Part shown: positions 11,092 through 22,334 of the stretch, piece after piece
Numbering within the stretch: position 1 is the first letter of the stretch
Layout: each line of letters opens with the position of its first letter
Source: Veleropilina oligotropha
Lineage: Eukaryota
NCBI GenBank assembly: GCA_048128005.1
Contig: JBEUKZ010000047.1
Location: forward strand, 186,001 to 250,000
Direction of reading: 5' to 3'
DNA length: 64,000 nt
Made by a program: the position numbers and the translations under genes
The notes under the pieces: generated by a model
The model's input: only the letters and a program-made list of their open reading frames with translations
Told to the model about the DNA's origin: nothing
Database searches by the model: none

Positions 11092-12418
11092 ATGGCTGAA
11101 TTAGATGCGTATCCAAGCGGTTGTATTCAAATGACAGAATTCGAGAACCCCGCGTTCGAGCCCGATATCATCGACGATGAGGTTGGATCCACGGACTGGA
11201 TTGTGGCGGCGCCACAGGAAGGAACCAGCGGTCTGCGGCAAGAGCTCGTTCAAACAGCGGTGGATGACTACTACAACGCCCTGTCAAAGGAGGGGCAAAC
11301 CCCCGCCACGGGGCGTGATTATTCCCAGTTCGACTACGTGGATGGGAGACTGCAGATGAAGGCCTACCCCCAACATCGATCTCATCAACTCTAGCACCGG
11401 GAAACCCAAGTCTTTGGCAACCATAGCTGGCCGGCGTGGTGGGGGTAGTGCCATCAGAGATGGGTTGGGTTTCGTAGACTGGAGGCGGGGGGGACAGAAG
11501 CTGCCCTCAAAAGCCATTGCAACTCTTCAGACTGACGACAATGAGTTGAGCGGTGCGGCCGCCAATGTAGACAACGTGGAACTGCGGGACTTGGGGCGAA
11601 CTGCTCAAGATGCGTCAGAAGCAATCCACAGAATGGAGATGACTTTCACAGATGCCGAGGTTGATGAGATCTTAGGCACGATGGGGGACCCTCCACTAAA
11701 CCTTCGTGAGCTTCGCGGGCTGGACAAGGCGATGCAGACCATCCGAGGCGAGCTAACCAACAACTTGGCCAAACTATCGGCGCTGGACGAACACATAGCG
11801 CTGGAGAAAGGGAAGATCGATCAGGCAGATGAAGGGGGTGTGGAAGAGTTCGTTCGTCGACGAATCGCGGAACGTTTGCGCAACTTAAATGATGAATGAG
11901 CAGCCAGACTAGAGGCAGCCTCATCAAGCCGGGAGGCCCTTCGCTCTCAAATCAGCCGGATCCGAGAAATGATCAGTCGGATTCTCCACGAAGACACAAC
12001 GCTGGCCGAGCGCATCCGGACCCTGTTTCGTGAGCAGGGGGTAACGATCGTGACCATACTCACCGCGATCGGGTTGGCCATCTCGACTTTGGTACTAGCC
12101 CTAACAGGCGGAGCGCCGAGCATACCACCACCACCACCTTCCAGTGGTCAAGGGATAAAGGAGTGGGTAAAAAAGCAGCTGCAGAACCTGGGTCAGATTC
12201 TGGGCAAACTAGCAGGGAAGGCGGCTGCCGCACTCCCAGGAATACTTGGAAGCCTGCTTTCCTGGCTTATAAACCTGGTTGGCAAGACGGCGTCGTGGCT
12301 TGCTGAAAACCTGTGGGCTGTGATTATATCTGTTGGGGGCATGCTTCTTATTGCCGCTAGCCGGTGGGTGAAGCAAGCCAGACAAACGCTAGGCCAACGA
12401 CCACGCCACCCACGATGA
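11092..12418 (+). pseudogene. Viral coiled-coil protein with C-terminal hydrophobic helices (one gene broken into 11092-11394, 11414-11899, 11969-12418)
   Basis: Three consecutive same-strand ORF pieces. The homolog at 45463-46380 bridges the second break (RRRIAERAARLEAA...). Confidence 0.75.
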
Positions 12419-13665
12419 GTGCGGTTTTCTCCTCGTCATGTGAGGCTGCCGCTGGGGCCATAGCCGGCTCAGCGTTTGGATGCTTCGGAGTGACCACCGG
12501 TATGCTTGCATCTGCCCGTAAGACTGCGACCTCGTCTTGTGGAATGACCAGTCCTTTTTCTCCAGTCTCCCAGTGGCGTTGGGGGGCGGCACATTGGCGG
12601 CGTTGACGGTTGTATTAAGACCTAGTGTCTGGTCTTGTGTGGCAACGACGATCTTGTTGTTATACCCTGCCACATGCCCGATGCGCAGAAGCATGTCACT
12701 TGGCGCCATATACAGGCCAACGCCGAATACGAAGTCTACCTTGGACCTGGCATACTGTAGCACCTCCTGGTACCGTTTGATGGCTGATGGCAGATCAATT
12801 GGAGACGAGATGGCGTCTTCCACGTTTGACAGGTACTGTTTTGCGCGTCAAACGCCGTCCCACTACCCAGAATGCTTGCACGTGTTTGAGCCTGCGCTCC
12901 AAGAATCGCCCAGACGTAGGTCCTGATGGAGTCATTGAGCCTTTCCACGCCGGCCTGGGTAAATCCCGCCGACTTGTCCAGAATAAACGAAGCCCATCCA
13001 TCTGTAAGCGCAGGCGCTTGCGCGATGTAGTCCACGTGCAGATTCGAGTTGGTCGTACCTTTGGTGAAGGACATTCGGCTGGGATCATACGCACGACCGA
13101 TGGAGTGGTAGCCATTGTTCGTCCAGTAGCTGAAAGCAGTGCCGAGCCCGTTATTGGGGCCCTCGACTCTCCAGTCGGTGTGTGGAGACATGCCAAACTC
13201 ACTGCAGATCTTCTCATACGCCCTGCGGTCATACAGGTTGTCGAATGCATCCCACGTCGTGTCTTGTGGTAGCGGCGCCTGAATTTCGGACAAGACCCTT
13301 CTGATCTGATAGTAGACGTGGAAGGTGAATACGGCTCTGGAAAGGGGGTCGGTGGCATTCAAGTGGTCTTCTGCGGATATCCCGGAACCTGTTGTGGCAC
13401 ACCAGACTGCGAAGTTGACCTTGTTCTGCCAAAACCTCATGGGCGTGCTGTTCCAATCCCGTATTAGACGATCACTCGCGACGTGAGGGAGGCGGTATTT
13501 TTGAAAGACGTCGGGGTAGTCTGCCCCGAATGCAGGATGGGGAGATTCAGACGCGGAGACAACGACGCTTGGTTTTGTAAGCTGCTCATCTTTGATATTT
13601 GCTGGGTACACCACACCGGTCGGATAGGCTGCACTCCTATTAAAAGCAAAGGCGCTCTTAGCCAT
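12389..13665 (-). pseudogene. Viral hypothetical protein (~420 aa) with C-terminal transmembrane segment; frameshifted
   Basis: ORFs 12736-13692 and 12389-12823 join by comparison with copy 2 (AFDAQKQFLANVEDAI). Likely start MAKSAF at 13665. Confidence 0.75.
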
Positions 13666-14313
13666 ATGTTCCACACAGTAACGAGTGTTCAAACGGGGAC
13701 CGCGGTGCAGCCGATTGATAACCGGGAAGGCAAGCTATGTGTCGGCTTGCGGTTGCTCGACTATTGGGTCGGTTGGCATAACGTACACGCAGGGGCCTTC
13801 TTTAAAACCCCCAATACCACCGTGGCGGTGGCACCGGGTTTCTACAGCTTCGATTCCCTCGCCAAGACTATGAAGAGGTCGCTAGTTAACATGCGGCTGG
13901 AGGTAAGCCATGCTACCGGACTCGCGCAACTCGTTGTTCCAGAGGGGACTCGACTCGCGATAAGCGACGATATACGGAAGCTCCTCGGTTTCAACCTTTC
14001 TGGGTGGCTACGCCCCGGGACTTATGACGGGAACAAGCCTGTCGGGTTTGCCATTGCAGCGACCCTACACGTTGATCTGGAGCAGCTCAGTACAACACAC
14101 AATGTGAAGGACGGCGCCCCGAGCAATATTCTCGCAGTGGTCCCTATAACGTCGCAGATGTTCGGTGAGGCTGCCCACTATCATAGCTATCCAGCCTTCC
14201 GGCGACTACAGGCGGGGCTACTCACAGAATTGAAGGTGTATGTCACCGACTCAGATGGTAACCCGCTCGACAATCACGGTATGCCTATTTCCGCAGTCCT
14301 CGAGATACAATGA
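13666..14313 (+). CDS. Putative minor capsid (penton-like, single jelly-roll) protein
   Basis: Start MFHTVTSV is conserved with 47639. C-terminal ILAVVPI...YPAFRRL...ELKVYVTDSDGNPLDNHGMPISAVLEI matches the pattern of Polinton/virophage minor capsid proteins. Confidence 0.72.
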   Translation: MFHTVTSVQTGTAVQPIDNREGKLCVGLRLLDYWVGWHNVHAGAFFKTPNTTVAVAPGFYSFDSLAKTMKRSLVNMRLEVSHATGLAQLVVPEGTRLAISDDIRKLLGFNLSGWLRPGTYDGNKPVGFAIAATLHVDLEQLSTTHNVKDGAPSNILAVVPITSQMFGEAAHYHSYPAFRRLQAGLLTELKVYVTDSDGNPLDNHGMPISAVLEIQ

Positions 14314-14657
14314 GCAGCATCTATGGGACCCTTCTCGCAGAAGAGCCTTCAGAGACCCAGTGGCACTATGTTCTTAGTTGTGGGGAAGCGCCCAAGAAGG
14401 GGCTGGCGAGGAGGGAGTTCATGATTCCAAACACTGGAGGTCGGTTTGGGTTGAACCCAGCCCTTCTAATGATCCACATGACACCGGTCCAGCCAGCCGG
14501 GGGCAGCCCCAAGGCATGTTCCATAAGTAAGCTTGGCCTGGATTCGGACAAGTTGACCCTCGCCTTTGCCCTCAAGGCCCCCTGGGTGAACATCCTCTAT
14601 TTGAACGTCAAGGTAGATATTTTGAACCAACAGGCGGAACAGTACAGCCACGTATAA
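14310..14657 (+). CDS. Viral hypothetical protein, 115 aa
   Basis: ATGA overlap with the minor capsid stop; conserved in copy 2 (48337). Confidence 0.7.
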   Translation: MSSIYGTLLAEEPSETQWHYVLSCGEAPKKGLARREFMIPNTGGRFGLNPALLMIHMTPVQPAGGSPKACSISKLGLDSDKLTLAFALKAPWVNILYLNVKVDILNQQAEQYSHV

Positions 14658-15346
14658 GATGGACAACAAACCCTCAGCGCCAACGCTGTATCCACAACTT
14701 GGTGGCGATGTGCTTTCGGAACTGCCGGAGGCACAGTCTTTCCGACTACAGAAGGTGAATGAGCTTCAGGGACAGCTAGAACGAGAGAGGGACACACGGG
14801 CTGCCCTGTACAAGAAGTACCGAAGAGGCGTGAATGTCGTTGACGGGATCGATTCGGCCCTGGTCGTTGCCACCCTTGGTATGGGTAGCGCCGGCATTGG
14901 TCTACTGTCCACAATCGTTGCGGCACCTGTGGTACTGGTGCTGGAATTAGCGGCGTTGGGGTGTGGGCTCGCGAGTATGGGTGGGAAATACATTAGCCGT
15001 CGCCTCCAAGTGAAGGCTAAGATTTGATTTGATTTGATGTTTAACGACCACGCCGACACTAATGGTCATAATCGGGTCGGTCAAGTTAGTTATACAATAG
15101 TTTAATATAAAAAGTTAAAAGTTGAGATATATATTTACTAATAAAATATCAATGCAATAAAACATATGTGATAAATAATAAAAATAATTCAATATATTTA
15201 CAAGTAAAATAAACACAATGCAAATTTGGATAAAAATAAGATCAAATGTTTGCTAAAAACGAGTATAATAATAAAATAATATAATAATAAAATAAAATAA
15301 ATTTATGTAGAATTTAGTCATAAAGGAAATAAAAGTATAAATAAAA

Positions 15347-18300
15347 TTATAACTTATGGAAAATATTTACCTGTTTTAAAAATTCAAATACGGCTTCGAG
15401 CTTATTAAGATTAAATAACTCTTGGAGTGAATTTGCCCTAAAATACCTTTGGCGTACGAGATCCAAATCGACACAATCCAATAATATATGTTTAATTGTT
15501 AGGGCAGTTGCACAAGGAATACACTCAGGTGGAGGCCCCCCTTTAAGCAAGTAGGAGTGAGTGTAGTGAGAATGCCCAATTCTCAGTCTGGCCAAGACGA
15601 CCTCCTCTCGCCGAGATGGCCTGCAAGAGGGTCCCCAGTCACCAAGAAGAGGTTTGACATTCTGCAGTTTATTCCTTGTGCATTCACTCCAAGAGTGCTG
15701 CCAAGTAGAATTTATATATTTGTTTATGCTTTGTTTAAAATCTGAGTGTGGTAGTTTACAATTTAGTATATTGTTAAAATGTGAGGCTGCCTTGGCAGCT
15801 TGGTCAGCCTTCTCATTGCCTTGGATACCGATATGGCTCGGTATCCAGCATAAAACAATGTCATTGTCAGGTAAAAGGTTGTTATAGTTTAAAAAAATTT
15901 CCTGAACAATAACATTTCTATTCATCTCCCTCAGTGCTTGTAAGCTAGAGAGGGAGTCTGAATAGATAATAAAACGCCGTTTAGTACTTGTAGAGATAAA
16001 ATTAAGAGCAAGCTCGATTGCTTTTAGTTCTGCAGTATATATAGTCGTGCTGCCTGGCAGTCTGTTTTGAAAACATTGTCTGCCAGTGACAGCGGCTGCT
16101 CCTACTAATTCTGCATCTTTTGAACCATCTGTGTATATGCTTACACGATCTGAATATTTCAATTTCAAATCGTGCACTTTTATGAGATAATCTGATGTCT
16201 GTGTTTGATTTTTTGAGTGATGTAAGTTGTAGATCAATTACCGGTACTTTTAGTGTCCATGGTGGAGTATCCGGAATGTGAATTGTTTTAATTTGACCTA
16301 CATGTATGCCTGCGGTTTCTAGTGCTGGTTTTATGCGGATGCCAAACGGTGCAATTTTGTTTGGTTTTGCCTGAAATAAATTTTCGTAATTTGGTGTATA
16401 GACAGTTTCGAAAGCTGGGTTAGATGGATTTGATTTTAATTTTATTGCATATTGTAGTGATAGTTTTTCACGTCTGAGTGTAAGAGATGGTTCATTGGCT
16501 TCGACGTAGAGGCTATCCATGGGTGATGTGCGAAAAGCCCCTAATGCAAGTCGAAGCCCTTGATTATGGATTGGATTAAGCATTTTAAGATATGAATGGC
16601 GAGCAGAGCCATATACTATGCTCCCATAATCAAGTTTTGATCTAATTAATGATCTATATAGTCGTAATAAAACTGTTTTATCAGCACCCCATTCAGTATT
16701 ATAAATTACTTTCATTATATTTAAAGCCTTTTTGCATTTGGCTTTGATGTATTTTATATGAGGTATGAAAGTCAGTTTGCGGTCAAATATAAGGCCTAAA
16801 AATTTAAATTGGTCCACCACTGGAATCTCAAAGTCATCCAGTTTTAGCACAGGGTCATCATGAATTTCACGACGCTGGCAGAAATGCATGCATTTAGTTT
16901 TGTCCTTTGAGAATTTAAATCCATTCTCATCGGACCATGTCTGTAATTTATTTAGGCCATGTTGTAGCTGGCGTTCTATACTGTTCATAGTTGTTGAACG
17001 ATAGCAAATGCCAAAATCGTCAACAAATAATGAACAGTCAGTGCCAGCACTAATACATTTGATGATACTGTTTATTTTAATACTGAATAGGGTGACTGAT
17101 AAAATGCTTCCTTGAGGGACACCCATCTCCTGGTCGTGGATATCGGAGAGGGTGTCACCCACCTTGACTTGAAAATTTCTATCCTCAAGGAATTTCGAAA
17201 TAAAATTGGGCAAGTGGCCCTTTAAACCAAAATCAAACAAATCCTTCATAATGCCGTACTTCCAAGTAGTGTCGTAGGCCTTCTCTAGATCGAAAAAAAC
17301 AGCAACTAAATGTTGTCTGTTTAGGAAGGCCTCACGAACAAAAGTTTCCAGACGTACCAAGTGATCTGTGGTGCTCCGGTTGCGCCGGAACCCACTTTGA
17401 TATTCTGTAAGTAAATTATTTGATTCAAGATACCAAACTAATCTCTCGTTTATCATCCGTTCCATGGTTTTGCAAATACAACTCGTCAGGGCTATGGGTC
17501 GATAACTGTTAGGATTTGATGTATCTTTTCCCGCCTTTGCAATTGGGATAATTGTAGCTTCCCTCCACGAGGGAGGGAAGGTTCCAGTTTCCCAGATAGT
17601 ATTGAATATTGCAAGTAGAGTTGTAAGTGATGTTGCAGGTAAGTGCTTAAGTAATTGATAGTGAATGTCATCAGGGCCAACTGATGTGTCTTGTGCCTTG
17701 TTTAGTGAATCTGCAAGTTCCTTTTGTGAAAATGGATGATTGTATGACTCTGTGTTGTTGGATCTAAAATTGAGCCTTGTTTTTTCTTTTTGATTTTTAA
17801 AACGGCTGAATTTTGGAGTGCAGTTGTCGGATGATGAATTGGCAGAAAATGTGTCTGCCAAGGTGTTTGCGATGTCTTGAGCTGTGTTGGCTTCTAAGTT
17901 GTTTGTTTTAAGGTGCTTGATGCGGTTGGGTGTATGATTGCCGGTGATTTTACGGATCATATCCCATGTTTGTTTAATAGTGGAACGAGAGTTTAGTTTG
18001 GTAACGTAGGAATGCCAGGATTCCCTTTTGCTTTGCTTGATGGTACGTCTGGCTTGTGCTCTTAATAGCCTAAAGCTATTAAGATTTTGTTGTGTTGGAT
18101 ACTGTTTAAATGTTGAAATTGCATGTATGCGTGCTTTGATTGCTTGTCTGCAGTCTTCATTAAACCAAGGTTTGCTTTTGTGTTTGGCATTTGGACAGGT
18201 TTTTGGAATTGATAGTGTTGCAATGTCGTGTAGTGTTGTAGAGAAACTTGATATTGGGTCTTCGCCATTAGTAAGGTGATCTGCGTGTAATTGGTCTTCA

Positions 18301-19028
18301 CAAAGAGATTGGAATTTCCCCCAATCTGCTTTGTGAAGTTTCCACCTTTCAGTGTGTTCTTGTGCTTGGTTAATTGTGCTTTCCAGGAAAATTGGAAAGT
18401 GGTCGCTTCCGCGGAGGTCCTCACCAACTTTCCAAGTAAAGTCCAGGAAAGCAGATGGGTCGCACATGGTAAGGTCAATGGTGGTAAGTGAGCCTGTAGG
18501 TGGATGCATGCATGTTGGCGATTTGGTAGTATTAAATAGGCACAAATTGTGTCTCCCAATAAAGTCCTCTATTTGATGTCCCCGTTTATCTGTGTCAGTA
18601 CCGCCCCAATCAGTACTATGGGCGTTAAAATCGCCACACAGTACAAATGGGGTCGGTAGCTGATCGATGAGATCGTCAAGGTCAGTAGGATGTATGTTTA
18701 TGCTAGGTGGTAAGTATACAGAGCAAATAGTTATTACTCGGTGAGTCGATATTTTCACCGCTACTGCCTGTAGGTTGGTGTTTAAGTTGACCTGGCTGTG
18801 TGGTGTTTTGTTGTTGATGATGATTGAAACCCCCCCTGTAGCCTTGTCACCTGTGGTGACAATGTGATTATATAGTGAGTGGTCTTTAATGCGTATGTTG
18901 TCTGTGAGTTTCATGTAAGTTTCATTGAGACAAAATGCTATAGGTTTGTGGTCTTGTATTAGTAAATTGATCTCATCAATATTCGGTTTAATGCCTCTAC
19001 AATTCCATTGTATTAGTGTACCTGTCAT
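15347..19028 (-). pseudogene. LINE C ORF2 (APE-RT-RNase H), single frameshift near 16195
   Basis: ORFs 16002-19028 and 15347-16237 overlap in different frames. A 2-nt deletion relative to copies A and D is visible (TCTGATGTCTG vs TCTGATGTGTCTG). Confidence 0.92.
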
Positions 19029-19221
19029 GTTGTGTTGTTGTTGTGTTTATGTAAATAATTCGTGTATAGTGCTTTGCTTTAATTTACTACTTGTTTGGTG
19101 GAAGTACGGGCTTTTTTGGAGTTTTTGGATTTGCCGATGGCCGATCCAATGATTTATCGTCATCCATTGGATCGTCGACAGATGGTGGTGGTAGGGGTGG
19201 ATCATCCACCGCCTTAGTCTG

Positions 19222-20553
19222 TCAATTTAGCTTTGCTTTAGCTGCTGCCTTCCTACCCTTCTCGGTAGCTGCAGCAACTATGTCAGCGGCAAACTCCATT
19301 AACTCTGGCTCTAATTCTTCAAATCTATTGTGTAGTTTGATTGGGTCATCCTGACCCTTTTTGGGACGCCCTGACTGGGGCTTACTCCCTGAAGTCGGAG
19401 ACTTTTTCCTTGATCGAGATTGATTTGATGATCGCGACGGGGTAGTAGATCGAGATCTAGAATAAGATTGAGAAGGCTTAGTAGATGATTTAGAATTTGA
19501 AGTGCTTTGAGTTGGAACATCAGGGTGGGTACTGTTAGTTTGTGATGATGCTGGAGATGTTTTCGCTGTGGAGGGTGGATTTGGGTTATTTAATCTTGTT
19601 GGTCGTTCATTGGAGATCCATGTCAGATCCGTCTGACAAGCAGCAGAAGCGGTGGTAATCGACTGCTTTTGGACCAATGAGCGAACAACAGATGAAAACG
19701 ACTGGGCTGACTCAGATGATACGAGTTTTTTAGCCTCAGGATATGAAATATTTTTATCTGTTTTCAGGCGTGTGATTTTGGACTCCCAAATCCACTTTGG
19801 GCACTGTTTGGATGATGCAGGGTGCTCCCCATTACAGTTTACACATTTTGGTTGGGCCTCGCATTTGTAAATACTGCCACTCGTGTGTTCATCACTTCCA
19901 CAGCGGAAACACCTATCCATATTTGTGCAGTTATTTGCACCATGACCATACTTTTGGCATCGAAAGCACCGAAGTGGGTTGGGATAGTACACATCCACTT
20001 CGATGCGATTGTAACCAGCAGTGATATGAGTAGGTCGAATAGAGGTTTCAAAGGTCATGAGATAAGTGTTAGTAGGAATTTTGGAGCCGTCTTTTGTAAT
20101 GGAAAAGCGTCTGACATTAATAACACCCTGTTGTTGCAACTCATATTCGATCTCGCGTTCTGTCAGGTATTGAAGGCATCGATCACGATCCCTAACGATA
20201 CCTTTTGAAGTATTCAGGTAAGTATGAGGTTTTACGCATACAGCTGCATTAGCAAAGGTCTCGATCTTTAAAAGATTGAGAGACTGTTGCCTTCTATTAC
20301 ATTCAATAAGAAGGTTTCCGTCTCTCAATCTTTTCACACTTTTGACAGTTCCTGCAATACTTTCAATAGTCTTAGCTATGACAAAAGGATTTTTCGTTAG
20401 GGGATGTTTCGTGGCGTTTCCTTCAATTCCTGACAGAAGCAAAAAGCGTGGCCAGTTAGTCGAATTATATGTATTTTGAATGTCATCCTCGTCGGACGAG
20501 GGTGGCGAATCTTCTCTCAGTCTTTTAGTGGTGGTGGGTTTGTTTTTAGCCAT
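19222..20553 (-). CDS. LINE C ORF1, divergent subfamily, premature stop near C-terminus
   Basis: PNPLRCFRCQKYGH, CFRCGSDEH and CVNCNGEHPASSKQC knuckles. TGA at 19222 replaces the CGA (Arg) seen in other copies. Confidence 0.88.
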   Translation of the reverse strand: MAKNKPTTTKRLREDSPPSSDEDDIQNTYNSTNWPRFLLLSGIEGNATKHPLTKNPFVIAKTIESIAGTVKSVKRLRDGNLLIECNRRQQSLNLLKIETFANAAVCVKPHTYLNTSKGIVRDRDRCLQYLTEREIEYELQQQGVINVRRFSITKDGSKIPTNTYLMTFETSIRPTHITAGYNRIEVDVYYPNPLRCFRCQKYGHGANNCTNMDRCFRCGSDEHTSGSIYKCEAQPKCVNCNGEHPASSKQCPKWIWESKITRLKTDKNISYPEAKKLVSSESAQSFSSVVRSLVQKQSITTASAACQTDLTWISNERPTRLNNPNPPSTAKTSPASSQTNSTHPDVPTQSTSNSKSSTKPSQSYSRSRSTTPSRSSNQSRSRKKSPTSGSKPQSGRPKKGQDDPIKLHNRFEELEPELMEFAADIVAAATEKGRKAAAKAKLN

Positions 20554-21076
20554 GGTTTTGTTTGTATGTAATTCGATGCATCTGCTCCCCACCCACCATG
20601 GAGTGCCAACAAGGGCGATGTCCATAAGCCTGCTGGTAACCGGCAGGCAGACACCGGGGATACAAATGCATTATACTCCATTATTAATGACATAAGAAGC
20701 TTTAGATAAAACCCAAAGATCTAAGCGGTCAATAATACCAGATTGACCCATGAGCAACCGCCTTCTATGCTACAGGCCAAACTATTTACAGTATATATAT
20801 ACAATTATGAATGATAGTTTATGATGATAATAAAATTGAGTTACTTGCCAAAATGAAAGATGTTAAAACTGGCATATAACTATGTCGCCTGCAATCTAGG
20901 GCATGGCGTTACCAGCCGATTGAATGGACCGGGCCCATCCATTTACCACTCTAGAGGAATCATGGGCCAAAGTGGTGTGTTGGGTCAAAGACGGGTAATA
21001 CCAGCATCTTTGCCCCTCAACCACCAGGATCCCACTCTCCCTCGACAGTAGGTCGCAGGTCACGGCAAACGACCTG

Positions 21077-21152
21077 GTTGTGCGTTTCGTTCAGGGAACT
21101 TTCGTTCCCCTATCCAGGGCCCACCGCGAGGAGGCGCACAACATCGAGCCCC
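21077..21152 (-). ncRNA. HDV-like self-cleaving ribozyme
   Basis: GGGGCUC(P1) GAU GUUGUGC(P2) GCC(P3) UCCUCGC(L3) GGU(P3') GGGCCCU(P1') GG(P1.1) AUAGGGGAAC-GAAA-GUUCCCUGAA(P4) CGAAAC(J4/2) GCACAAC(P2'). G1 abuts the TSD. Confidence 0.92.
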
Positions 21153-21517
21153 TGAAGGCTAAGAAGCACGACGAGATACGAGTACTGGCCGAAAGCAAGC
21201 TGAACACCATCACCGACCACATCTCAAAGGCCTTAGCGGACGGTGAGATGTCTGATGATGAATTTCAACTGGTCACAGACGAGATGGCCAAATACCGGAC
21301 AATGAAGGCCACCCTGCGTCTCAAGAGTACAAAGGCGCACACCGCGGTTTCACAGACCCAAAGCGAGCTTATTGAGCATGGTCGTAGAGAGGGACGCGCG
21401 GAGCTGCTGAAAAAAATAGGGGTTGGAGACTAACCATCCAGGTTGAGCGTGGGGGGGACTTCCCCCCTCCCCCTCCCCCGTATTAAAGCTCGAACTGGAC
21501 AGTGATATCTGGACGCC

Positions 21518-21923
21518 ATGAAATCCATGCTACTTCTGTGCATTGCCGCGGTGTCCTGGCTAGCGGGTGTCTCCCAGGCGTGGTCACACGACAACGCATT
21601 AATTCTCGAACACGTGGGCTAGGTACCGGAACCACCCCCTGTACAATATACGACTTGACCCCTTGCGAAGAAACTTGCTACGAGACCCACCTCCAGTTCG
21701 GGCACCCTCGTGCCACTACTTTATTACCGATGGAGAGAATGACTGTGGCCCCGACCCAAATACTGTTGTTCGCATTGAATGCGCTGAGCCGTCATTATGT
21801 CGTGGTAAAAATGGGCACTATTTCTCAATGTTGTCTACCGGCTGCGGGGGTGCGTGGAGTCAGATAGGACATCTCTCGCCATGCAACTGCACGTTAGCCG
21901 GCGGCAACTACATATTTATATAA
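21518..21923 (+). pseudogene. Small secreted cysteine-rich protein, frameshifted
   Basis: GCCATG start; signal-peptide-like MKSMLLLCIAAVSWLAGVSQA; Cys-rich segments continue in two other frames; TATTAAA 37 nt upstream. Confidence 0.55.
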
Positions 21924-22017
21924 CTGCTGCTCGGGGATTCCCCGCCTTAAAACATATTTTCCGGCTTCCCCAGCGTCTATTCATAGCCCGCCGCACCTAT
22001 CACCACACGGTGTGCTT

Positions 22018-22088
22018 TACAAATACCATTGATCGCGGCGAGGTATTGTTGCTGTACAAATACCTCGCCGCGATCAATGGTATTTGTA
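22018..22088. repeat. Perfect 30-bp inverted repeat, 11-nt loop
   Basis: TACAAATACCATTGATCGCGGCGAGGTATT (22018-22047) pairs with AATACCTCGCCGCGATCAATGGTATTTGTA (22059-22088). Confidence 0.95.
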
Positions 22089-22334
22089 CCCTAGCTTCCT
22101 GGTCGGCCCATCGGCGTTATGAATTGCTAGTCGCTTTTGCAAACGTTATCTAAAAAGGTAGCTCAACAAAATAACTGTCACCGTTTTGTTGAAATCACAA
22201 AGTTTCTTGACGAGAAATTTTTTCGTGGACAGTTATTGTGCTGAGTCATCGGATGAGTCGACAGTTTCTGTGTTGAGCTAGCAATAACGCGTCTCGACAC
22301 TGATAAAACACAGGCCCCTAGTCTAAAGTGCCAT

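Larger units (their letters stand above)
15023..21152 (-). mobile_element. LINE copy C, full length, with 12-bp TSD and 5' HDV-like ribozyme
   Basis: TSD TGAAGGCTAAGA at 15011-15022 and 21153-21164; (AAATC)n tail at 15023; ORF1 and ORF2 present. Confidence 0.95.
14659..21433 (+). pseudogene. Viral membrane/coiled-coil protein split by LINE C (14659-15022 joined to 21165-21433)
   Basis: Removing LINE C and one TSD copy restores ...ISRRLQVKAK|KHDEIRVLAESKLNTITDHISKAL... in frame. Two hydrophobic helices lie in the first half. Confidence 0.85.
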
